A stretch of DNA of 64,000 nt from assembly GCA_016235495.1 (NCBI GenBank), contig JACRKH010000021.1, forward strand, positions 14,725 through 78,724. Reading direction: 5' to 3'. Position numbers and translations under genes: made by a program. Below are positions 54,367 through 62,766 of the stretch, in pieces. The notes beneath the pieces were generated by a model, which saw only the letters and a program-made list of their open reading frames with translations, made no database searches and was not told where the DNA came from. Source of the DNA: Candidatus Woesearchaeota archaeon. GTDB taxonomy: Archaea; Nanobdellota; Nanobdellia; SCGC-AAA011-G17; GW2011-AR17. Every line of letters begins with the position of its first letter. Within the stretch, counting starts at the first letter, position 1.

Positions 54367-55799
54367 GCACTAACCTTCCAAATTTCTACTCCATCTTTAT
54401 CATAGATTCTATTAAAGCTTTTGGTGTACTGCAGTATAAAAAGGAGGCCATCAGTATCATAGTCCCATAGCTTATTTTTCATGCTGGAATCAATCCATAC
54501 ATAGCGAATATCATACTTTGCAAATAATTCACTGGTTCTATTCAGATCTCTCGATGCAAACAATTCCTGAGAATCACGAAGCCTTTCCTTAGAGTCAGGG
54601 GCAAAAACATAATTCTCATCCATAACATTTTCATGTCCGGATGAAGTAATCCATGACCCCTTGCTATAATCACTAAACACAACACCAGATTCCTGTTCAG
54701 CAAGGAAGGCTATAGCTTCCAGCTCTGCTTCATTCGGTTCTGTGTTGAGAATAGTATTCATTTGTGAAATAGCTGAGAAAACAAACCCCGAAAGAATCAC
54801 TAAAAGAATAAAATAATGATAATATTCGTGAGTCCATTTCCTTTCAGCAAGAAAAATAAATCCCTTTGCAGCAAGAATAATGAGAAAGAGGTTAAGGACA
54901 AGACTGCTTTCCGGAATAAAAAAAGCAAGAGTAAGGAAAAGCAAGACACTAAAGAAAATAAAAAGATGTTCATATTTTTCTCCCCAGAATAAAAGTATAC
55001 CTAATGCTCCCAAGAGGGATATAAAAATGCTCAGCCCATAAGCGCTTCCAAGATCATAAAATAAGGAACCAAGGAGATGGAAATTTCCTCCTTGTACAAG
55101 ATCAATTTGTTGCGGGAGTCCGGCCTTGTAAAAGATATATCCATAATAAAGCCCTGTGACAAGAATAGAGAATAATAGAAGGATAAAAAATAATTTTTTT
55201 CTATCTTTTCGTACAAAGAAGCTATAGAAGCAGAGTAGCAAAAGAAACAAACCTGTAACAATAAGATTAAAGAGTGGTAAAACGAGCACAATAGGAATAA
55301 CCCAAAACTTAAACTTCTTCTCTATAAACAAATAAAACCCGGCAAGTGAGAGGAAGAATGCAATAAATAAACTATTTGTGAAACTAAAGAGATAAATAAA
55401 AGAAGGGGAAAGGATAAACAAAAGTAAGCTGAGATAAATAAAAGTAGCATCCTTGCTAAAATGTTTAAGTATCCTTTCAACAAGTAAAACACTGAGAATC
55501 CCCAATAAAAAAGGAAGTACAACGAGAAGCACACTCGGTGTAGCACTTAACACCAGACCGGTGCCCCATGGGTAGGCAGCAAACCTCCCGCCAAAGCTGA
55601 GAGGATCATACAAAGAATGCAAACTCGCAATTCGGGAATAAAAGAAAGGCTCTGTGCCAATCAAAGGCCCTTTAAGCAGAGGGACAACTAAGAGAAGTAC
55701 GGTACAGAGTGCTAAAAGCACATACCTAACATACCACTTTGTAAATAGTTGCAAATCCATTCTTGAATACTTCCTGGAAGCAATTTTCATCGCTTGCAT
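54363..55799 (-). CDS. Large multi-TM membrane protein with a C-terminal soluble domain (putative GT-C / glycosylation)
   Basis: Paralogous to the next gene; the two share C-terminal motifs (YDIRYVWIDSSMK...VEIWKV versus YGVQYVYFSDKTK...ATIYKVV). Confidence 0.4.
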   Translation of the reverse strand: MQAMKIASRKYSRMDLQLFTKWYVRYVLLALCTVLLLVVPLLKGPLIGTEPFFYSRIASLHSLYDPLSFGGRFAAYPWGTGLVLSATPSVLLVVLPFLLGILSVLLVERILKHFSKDATFIYLSLLLFILSPSFIYLFSFTNSLFIAFFLSLAGFYLFIEKKFKFWVIPIVLVLPLFNLIVTGLFLLLLCFYSFFVRKDRKKLFFILLLFSILVTGLYYGYIFYKAGLPQQIDLVQGGNFHLLGSLFYDLGSAYGLSIFISLLGALGILLFWGEKYEHLFIFFSVLLFLTLAFFIPESSLVLNLFLIILAAKGFIFLAERKWTHEYYHYFILLVILSGFVFSAISQMNTILNTEPNEAELEAIAFLAEQESGVVFSDYSKGSWITSSGHENVMDENYVFAPDSKERLRDSQELFASRDLNRTSELFAKYDIRYVWIDSSMKNKLWDYDTDGLLFILQYTKSFNRIYDKDGVEIWKVSA

Positions 55800-57192
55800 A
55801 TTTTAATTCACGCACATCATAAAGAGCTTTAGTCTTATCGGAGAAATAAACATATTGAACTCCATAATTATCTAAAGCTTTCTTTGCCTTGACAACAGAC
55901 TCTGTCGTAAATATAGTTTGGACATCTAAGATTCTACTGTCTGCTCGAAGAAATTCTGTATCTATAACATTTGTCCGGTCTGCAATAGAAATAATAAGAT
56001 TCCCTTCATAAGCATTTGCAGCAATGACACTATCATGGGCTGTATTAAATTTAATCCAATGTAAAGCCTCAATTTCTGCAGGAGTAACTCCTGTATGTAC
56101 CACTTTCAGCGCGCTTGTCGTCGAAGGAATAAGTAAAGTTGTCACAGTGAGAATAATAAAAATGCTTATAATCAATTTACTTTTTTTTGCAATTTTTGTA
56201 AGGGGTAAATATTCCATAATTTTTGCCATACTGACTGCAGAGACAATGCAAAGTATAATCGCAAGAAATATAATCCCATCCCTGAACGCAATAATACGCA
56301 ATAAGAGCAGACTAAAATCCGCAGCAAGCACTGCGCTAAGCAAAATCATAACCCTGCTCTTTCTTTTGTAAAGAATGAATCCAGCAACACCTAATAGTAA
56401 AGGAATGACACCAACACTAGCAACAGTTTCAAAGAGATTAAAATTCTGGAAAATCTGCCCATAAAGTTCTAAAGGTAAATTTCCCCAAATCGTTGCAAGT
56501 CCTTGTTTAAGATAAAGTTGTTTATAGAGGATAAGATTGACAAGGAGAAAAAAAACGACAAAAAGACCCATACCATCTACTTCCTCTCTTTTCAAGGTTA
56601 AGGATTCAGCAAATATGAGAATTCCAAAAAATAAAAGAGTGAAAAGCATAAGTAAATTCAAAGGCTGCAGTAAAACAAGAATAATAACAGAAGCAAAGAA
56701 CCACATTTTTTTTCTTTCAATCTCCAGAAGAAAATACAAAGTAAGAAGAAAGAGTGGCACAAATACGCTTAGAATAGAAATCTGATTTATGGTTGCTCCA
56801 ATGAAACTAGGAATAAAAGCACTGAGCAACGCTGCAAAGAGTGAGGCATATTCATTCTGAGTAAGCTCCTTTGCAAGAAGATAAACAATAAAAACAATAC
56901 TGCTCGCAAGCAAGGCAGGAAGTAATTTATAGACCACAACATCCGGAAGCGTGGAATTAAAGAAAGCAAGAAAGTAATGAAAGACATGCGTATTAAGAAT
57001 AATATTCCCTCCATAACTTTGGGGATCATAGATCAAGGGAAAAAAATGTTGAAGAATATATTTTGAGTGTCTGAGATTAAAATAAGCCTCATCACTGCTG
57101 TAAAAAGGAACACGAAACAAAAACAGAAGACGAAAACCGAATGCCACAAGAAAAGTCAAGAATAAAATGAGATGCTCTCTTTTGATTCCCAT
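55726..57192 (-). CDS. Large multi-TM membrane protein, a paralogue of the previous gene (putative GT-C)
   Basis: The first loop has SSDEAYFNLRH, which resembles the D-x-x-Y-x-x-x-R loop of STT3/AglB-type enzymes. No WWDYG motif is present. Confidence 0.4.
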   Translation of the reverse strand: MGIKREHLILFLTFLVAFGFRLLFLFRVPFYSSDEAYFNLRHSKYILQHFFPLIYDPQSYGGNIILNTHVFHYFLAFFNSTLPDVVVYKLLPALLASSIVFIVYLLAKELTQNEYASLFAALLSAFIPSFIGATINQISILSVFVPLFLLTLYFLLEIERKKMWFFASVIILVLLQPLNLLMLFTLLFFGILIFAESLTLKREEVDGMGLFVVFFLLVNLILYKQLYLKQGLATIWGNLPLELYGQIFQNFNLFETVASVGVIPLLLGVAGFILYKRKSRVMILLSAVLAADFSLLLLRIIAFRDGIIFLAIILCIVSAVSMAKIMEYLPLTKIAKKSKLIISIFIILTVTTLLIPSTTSALKVVHTGVTPAEIEALHWIKFNTAHDSVIAANAYEGNLIISIADRTNVIDTEFLRADSRILDVQTIFTTESVVKAKKALDNYGVQYVYFSDKTKALYDVRELKYASDENCFQEVFKNGFATIYKVVC

Positions 57193-57193
57193 T

Positions 57194-57916
57194 TTATCTG
57201 CCAAAATCATCAGCATCAAGACTAAGAAGGACTTCGTGAGGGCTTCTCTCTACTTCCAAACCCTCATTTGTTGCAGTGACTGCCTCCTCTTTCTCACTGG
57301 TATTTTTCTTTTTTCTTACCAGTTTTATTTCTTTATCCTTCTTTTCTTCTTCAGGAGCAGGAGTTTCTTCTTGAGGAGTATCCTTCACTGGAGCTTCAGA
57401 GACATCGCTCAGTTTTTCCTGCCTTTCCATAACATCCTGCATCTTCTGTTTCATATTTGCTTCAATGACATCGAAATATTCAAAGAATTTAGGGGCAAGT
57501 TTCAATGTTCTTGTTCTTCCATGCTTTTCAGAAGCAATAAATTCAATATCTTTCAAATGATGAATATGATCATAAGCAGTATTCCCGCGCATTTTAATAA
57601 TATCAGACTGCAGTATAGGCTGTTTGTATGCAATCAAAGCAAGAGTAGCTTGTGTTGGAGCATCCAACTCTGCACCGCTTAAAAGCTTTGTAGAAAGATG
57701 ATTGTACTGCTTTTTTATATTGAGCCTATACTTTCCATCTTCACAAAAAATCTCAAGACCTCCCAGCCTATTTTGATACTCCTTCATAAGCTCATGCATA
57801 GCATCCTTGAGAGAGCCAACACTGCCAATGTTGCAGAACTGTGCAATTTCCTCCAAACTCATTGCCTTCCCAGTAATAAAGAGCACCGCTTCTATCTTAT
57901 TTTTAATTTCCTGCAT
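57194..57916 (-). CDS. scpB: Segregation and condensation protein B (ScpB)
   Basis: Tandem wHTH (IEAVLFITGKAMSLEEIAQ...) and an acidic tail. Confidence 0.7.
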   Translation of the reverse strand: MQEIKNKIEAVLFITGKAMSLEEIAQFCNIGSVGSLKDAMHELMKEYQNRLGGLEIFCEDGKYRLNIKKQYNHLSTKLLSGAELDAPTQATLALIAYKQPILQSDIIKMRGNTAYDHIHHLKDIEFIASEKHGRTRTLKLAPKFFEYFDVIEANMKQKMQDVMERQEKLSDVSEAPVKDTPQEETPAPEEEKKDKEIKLVRKKKNTSEKEEAVTATNEGLEVERSPHEVLLSLDADDFGR

Positions 57917-58035
57917 AGTTCCTTTGAGGCAAAGATTATTTAAAAATCTTCTGATTATATGGAGAAATAGAAAGAAAGCCTATCCTGCAAAAAAGCCTGG
58001 AAAAGCTTATATAAAAGGAGTTTACAATAAAAATC

Positions 58036-58701
58036 ATGAAATTCTATGAAATAAAACCTGGATTGCGAGGCATAGAAAATATTGCAGGGCAGCCAGTAAC
58101 TTTTTCAGAACTCTATGGAACAAGAATTTGGGATCCAAGTTACACAGAAGGTCTCAATATTCTCACTGCTACAAGAACATTCTGCCTCCATGCACCAGGA
58201 AGAAGATTCAAAGTTTCAGATACATTTCCCTGGAGGATGCTCCATCCAAAATATTTAGATAGAGCTTCATTTGGAGAAAAATCAGTTGTTTCAATAATGG
58301 AAGAAGAATATGCAACAGCTGAGGGAGCAGAATTTATACTTATCCACCCTATTGACTTTCCAAGAGAAACCTATGCTCTCCCTATAAATCATTTCATTAA
58401 CCCTAGGCTCACAAAAGAAGAGCTCACAAAGATAGCCTCGCCAATAGAAAGAGGTCTAGGAAGAAAAGAGGCCTTGGATCATAAAGTTCTTTTCTCCCTT
58501 CTTGAAGAGAATAGTGATATTGTAAAAGAAGTTGTAGAGTATGCATTTGCCCATAATACTTCTGGGTCGCTTCCATTAGAAATAACAATCAAGGATGCAG
58601 GTTGTTATGGAGCAACAATGTTTGCAACGACAGGGTATAGTGAAGGTTTTAGAATAACAAACCAATCATTTAAAGAAAAACTTCTATTTTTTATTCCTTA
58701 A
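58036..58701 (+). CDS. Hypothetical protein, 221 aa
   Basis: An open frame with no recognised domain. Confidence 0.35.
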   Translation: MKFYEIKPGLRGIENIAGQPVTFSELYGTRIWDPSYTEGLNILTATRTFCLHAPGRRFKVSDTFPWRMLHPKYLDRASFGEKSVVSIMEEEYATAEGAEFILIHPIDFPRETYALPINHFINPRLTKEELTKIASPIERGLGRKEALDHKVLFSLLEENSDIVKEVVEYAFAHNTSGSLPLEITIKDAGCYGATMFATTGYSEGFRITNQSFKEKLLFFIP

Positions 58702-60185
58702 CTCAAAGCAAAACGCAGAATTGCAGCAATCTTTCCAATATCCCTCAGCTGTTCACCTTCGCTCGTATCAGTGCTGATAATAAAAAGTTCCGCACCTGAC
58801 TGCTCTGCAACTTCCTCGAAATGATCAACCTTCTCATCATCCATAGACTCAGAGACAAGCAATGTATGCACAGCACCCATTTCTAAAGCCCGGCTCACTT
58901 CTGCCTCGCCATAAGCAACTTTTTCAGGCTCTGTTGCAAGCAGCTTGAAAAACTTGCTCATAATCTCCCTCTCTTCGGTAATAGCTTCCTTCGCAAGAGC
59001 ATCCTTGCTTTTCTCGACGAGCTCTCGCAGTCCAAAATCTCCTGTATAGCTCAGATCCTGAATGCTGACCACTTTCCTTTTTAACTGCTCATTCAAAAAA
59101 CCTTCATCAATAAAATGATTTTTCGTCATACCTGGCCCGCCAAGAAGTATTCCTTTTAATTCTTTAACCTCAAGAAAAGCTTTGTTCGCTGCTTCGCTAA
59201 TTCTATTAAAAAATTCTTTTGTCGCCTCTTCCCTTATTCTTGCAAATCTCTGAGCAGAATTATGCACAACAATTCCTTCAGCGATAAAATTTTCATTCTC
59301 TACTTTTATATCAATAAGCCTCATAGTTTTATCTTCAACAACAATTTTTTTTATGACTTCTCCCTTGCCATCATCATTGAGAAGCATCATTCCTTCTCGA
59401 AGTTCTTCGGCAGCTTTAGTTGTACCATCCTCTAAGAAGAAAAGATGATTTGCAGATGCAGTTATTGCTTCAGAAGCAGTAATCACATAAATTTTATTTT
59501 TTGTGACATCCCATTTCTCCAAAACTTTACTGGGAACAAAATCTTTTTTTGTAAAATCATAACTTAATACCATATCTCCAATTTCAAGATCTTCCAGAGG
59601 AACCCACTGCCCATCATCAAGACAAACCGCAGTTTCCGGATGTAAACACTGCCCTCCAGCCCTTGTCTTTCCAGGAACAGCAGAAGTCAGTTCAGTAACC
59701 TGCTGAATTTGTGTCCCTTTGAGAAAACCAATATTCCCTTCTCTTTTATCAAGAACAATAAGTCCATAAGTCTCCCGTACATCCATCATTTCTTTCAAGA
59801 CCTCAAGAATAAAAGTTTGGTCGCAGCGATACAATCGTATACGCAGCGGCTGAGGAGGCTCAATGCTGAATACCTGAATGTCTGTTTTTCCTTCTTTATC
59901 AGAAATATTCCCTGAAAATACAGCAAGCCCATTCTCAGGAGTTTTCTTAAACAGCCGCAGATGTCGAATCATTCTTTCTAAAGAATCAATAACATGTAGC
60001 TGTGTTGTTTTATCTTTAATGTTTGATGCAGTACCCTGCTCCTGTGCAAGATGTTGAATAATTTTAATAAGTTCATAGCCAGCAGGGACATACACAGAAA
60101 CAAGCTCAGTATGTCTCCCTCTAATATTTTGCAAGCTGCGTACAAAACGCTTCAATTTTTGTTTTTCTTTGGTGCTTATCTGCAT
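58698..60185 (-). CDS. prf1: Peptide chain release factor aRF1 interrupted by a mini-intein after the GGQ motif
   Basis: An eRF1 domain-1 NIKS-like (TASNIKD), GGQ at aa 177-179, and eRF1 domain 3 in the C-terminus. Confidence 0.85.
   Translation of the reverse strand: MQISTKEKQKLKRFVRSLQNIRGRHTELVSVYVPAGYELIKIIQHLAQEQGTASNIKDKTTQLHVIDSLERMIRHLRLFKKTPENGLAVFSGNISDKEGKTDIQVFSIEPPQPLRIRLYRCDQTFILEVLKEMMDVRETYGLIVLDKREGNIGFLKGTQIQQVTELTSAVPGKTRAGGQCLHPETAVCLDDGQWVPLEDLEIGDMVLSYDFTKKDFVPSKVLEKWDVTKNKIYVITASEAITASANHLFFLEDGTTKAAEELREGMMLLNDDGKGEVIKKIVVEDKTMRLIDIKVENENFIAEGIVVHNSAQRFARIREEATKEFFNRISEAANKAFLEVKELKGILLGGPGMTKNHFIDEGFLNEQLKRKVVSIQDLSYTGDFGLRELVEKSKDALAKEAITEEREIMSKFFKLLATEPEKVAYGEAEVSRALEMGAVHTLLVSESMDDEKVDHFEEVAEQSGAELFIISTDTSEGEQLRDIGKIAAILRFALS
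59259..59648 (-). mobile_element. Mini-intein (130 aa, HINT domain only) in aRF1 immediately after GGQ
   Basis: The extein KTRAGGQ is followed by CLHPETAVCLDDGQ (block A), then ...EGIVVHN, then Ser. Its size leaves no room for an endonuclease domain. Confidence 0.8.
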
Positions 60186-60224
60186 GGTATTTCCTTTTAT
60201 TTTTCATGATATATAAGAGTATTG

Positions 60225-62612
60225 CTAAATTATAATGCTCAATTTATTCCCAAAACTTATTTTTTCAGCTTTGGTGACAGCCTTAAAATCATCAATAAAA
60301 CCCGCAACATCTTTTTCATTCATTGGTAGAATAATTTCCTTGACATTTTCTTTCAAAGAAAGATTTCTTTCTGATTTTGCTTTTCGCACAAGAGAAATAA
60401 TTTCAATAATTTCATCACCCTTCTTTTCTATATCCTTTTCTATTAATTTTTTATCCGCGATTGGCCAGGATTCAAGGTGAATAGATTTCTTTTCTTTGAA
60501 AACACTTTGATAAATTTCTTCAGTAACATAAGGCATAAGTGGAGCAAACATTTTCAATAAATCCAATAAACACTGTGAAAGAGTATACTGCGCTGAAGCC
60601 TTTGCTTCTTTTCCTCTTGCATCTGAGTTGTAGAGTCTATCTTTAACAATTTCGAGATACAAATCACAGAATGTAATCCAAAAGAATTTTTCTGTTTCAG
60701 ATTTCACTTTAGAATATTCATAAATCTCAAAATTTTCTGTATTTGCTACAATAAGTTTTTGCAGTTTAGAGAGCATCCATACATCAAATGCTTCCATTTT
60801 TCCTTTCTTCCCATTAAAATCAGCAAACTGAGGAACACAGAACCGCGTTGCATTCCAAAGCTTGGTAATTGTTTTCTGCCCTGTAAACAAATCTTTCTCA
60901 AGATATCGCAAATCATCACCGAGCTTCGATCCTGCTGCCCAGAATCGCAGAGCATCAGCAGGATATTTCTTCAACACTTCCCCAGGCTCTATAGTATTGC
61001 CCTTAGATTTATGCATAGATTCCCCCTTGGGATCAAGCACATGCCCAGAGATAACAATATTTTTCCATGGAGCTTTTCCCTCATGGTAGACACCTTGTAC
61101 AATAGTATAGAAAGCCCAAGTTCGAATGATATCATGTGCCTGTGGTCTGAGACTGCAAGGATACATTTTCTCAAAATCAATATCATATCCTTTGTCTTTC
61201 GCCCAATTGAGTATAATCTGCGGGCTCACACTAGAAGTTGCCCAAGTATCCATAACATCTTTCTCACCTTCAAACTCTTGTGAACCACAGGAGCATTTTC
61301 CTTTTGGCTTTGCTGCTAAAGGATCAACAGGCAGTTGATTTTTATCAGCAACAAGAACATTGCCGCACTTTTTACAATTCCACACAGGAAAAGGAACACC
61401 AAAATGTCTCTGACGAGAAATGCACCAGTCCCAACCTAATCCCTCAATCCAGTGCTCGTACCGAGTGCGCATAAATTCTGGATGCCAAGAAATCTTTTTT
61501 CCTGCTGCAATAAATCTTTCTTTATTCTCTAAAATTTTAATGAACCATTGTTTCGTGCTAAGAAATTCAATTTCTGTTCCGCATCGCTCATGCACATTTA
61601 CAGTATGTCGAATAGCCTTCTTTGTCACAAGCAGTTTTTCTTTTTCCAAATCATGAAGAATTTCTCGTCGGGCATCTTTAATCTTCAACCCTTCATATTT
61701 CCCAGCAAGAGCATTCATTTTTCCATCACGGGTAAAAACAACTCTTGGGCTTAATTGTCTTCTATTGACAGCCTCAACATCATTCTTATCTCCATAACTG
61801 CAAATCATCAATATCCCTGTTCCTTTTTCCATCTGAACCGAAGGATCAGGGAATATAGGAACACTATGATGAAATAAAGGAACTATTGCACTCTTTTCTA
61901 AAAGGTGGGTATATCTTTTATCATTAGGATGTACAAATATTGCAACACAGGCGGCAAGTAACTCAGGTCTTGTTGTTGCAATAATAATCTTTTCTCCATT
62001 TTCAACAGTAAAATAAATATCATTGAAAGTAGAATCAAAATCTTTATCTTCTAAATCTGCCTGCGCAATAGCAGTCTGGCACTGGACACACCACATGCTT
62101 GGTGCAATGTGTTGGTAAACTAAATCTTTTTGATATAAATCTAAGAAAGATAACTGCGAAGTTTTGATAGAATGTGCATCAATGGTAGAGTATGCCTCAG
62201 AAAAGTCACAGCTCATCCCAATAATTTTCCAGTCATTGATAAAATCAGGTTTAATTTCTTTTATAGTTTTGTCACAGAGCGCAACAAACTCAGCTCTGCT
62301 CATCTTTGTAGATTTTACATTTTTTAATTTTTCAACAAGCCTTTCTGTAGGCAGACCATTATCATCAGTGCCAAAAGGATAAAACACATTTTCTCCCTTC
62401 ATTCTATGGTATCGTGCAATAAAATCCTGCTGGCTATAAGAGAATGCATGCCCAATATGCATTTTCCCAGAAACAGTTGGTGGGGGGGTATCAATAGCAT
62501 AAAGTTTTTTCTTAGAGTTTTTATCAAACTTGTAAATGCCTTCCCTCTCCCAATATGCTCTCCACTTTGCCTCAGATGCACAAGAGTCATACTTTTCAGC
62601 AAGTTCTTTCAT
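60225..62612 (-). CDS. valS: Class I aminoacyl-tRNA synthetase, most likely valyl-tRNA synthetase
   Basis: HIGH (PPPTVSGKMHIGHA), ISRQ and KMSKS-like (MHKSKGN) motifs. The 795-aa size fits a compact ValRS better than IleRS or LeuRS. Confidence 0.6.
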   Translation of the reverse strand: MKELAEKYDSCASEAKWRAYWEREGIYKFDKNSKKKLYAIDTPPPTVSGKMHIGHAFSYSQQDFIARYHRMKGENVFYPFGTDDNGLPTERLVEKLKNVKSTKMSRAEFVALCDKTIKEIKPDFINDWKIIGMSCDFSEAYSTIDAHSIKTSQLSFLDLYQKDLVYQHIAPSMWCVQCQTAIAQADLEDKDFDSTFNDIYFTVENGEKIIIATTRPELLAACVAIFVHPNDKRYTHLLEKSAIVPLFHHSVPIFPDPSVQMEKGTGILMICSYGDKNDVEAVNRRQLSPRVVFTRDGKMNALAGKYEGLKIKDARREILHDLEKEKLLVTKKAIRHTVNVHERCGTEIEFLSTKQWFIKILENKERFIAAGKKISWHPEFMRTRYEHWIEGLGWDWCISRQRHFGVPFPVWNCKKCGNVLVADKNQLPVDPLAAKPKGKCSCGSQEFEGEKDVMDTWATSSVSPQIILNWAKDKGYDIDFEKMYPCSLRPQAHDIIRTWAFYTIVQGVYHEGKAPWKNIVISGHVLDPKGESMHKSKGNTIEPGEVLKKYPADALRFWAAGSKLGDDLRYLEKDLFTGQKTITKLWNATRFCVPQFADFNGKKGKMEAFDVWMLSKLQKLIVANTENFEIYEYSKVKSETEKFFWITFCDLYLEIVKDRLYNSDARGKEAKASAQYTLSQCLLDLLKMFAPLMPYVTEEIYQSVFKEKKSIHLESWPIADKKLIEKDIEKKGDEIIEIISLVRKAKSERNLSLKENVKEIILPMNEKDVAGFIDDFKAVTKAEKISFGNKLSIII

Positions 62613-62766
62613 TCAAAATTTTTAACTTCCGCATCTTTAAAAGCTTTTTTGTCCCTCTCTTGTTCCAGAATCTATATAAATAGTCACTTAACTAGCTTAA
62701 ACCCTAGAATTTTTATCGAAACTATGCAAGCATAAATTAATAAATCTTCTTCGCCCTATATTTTTT

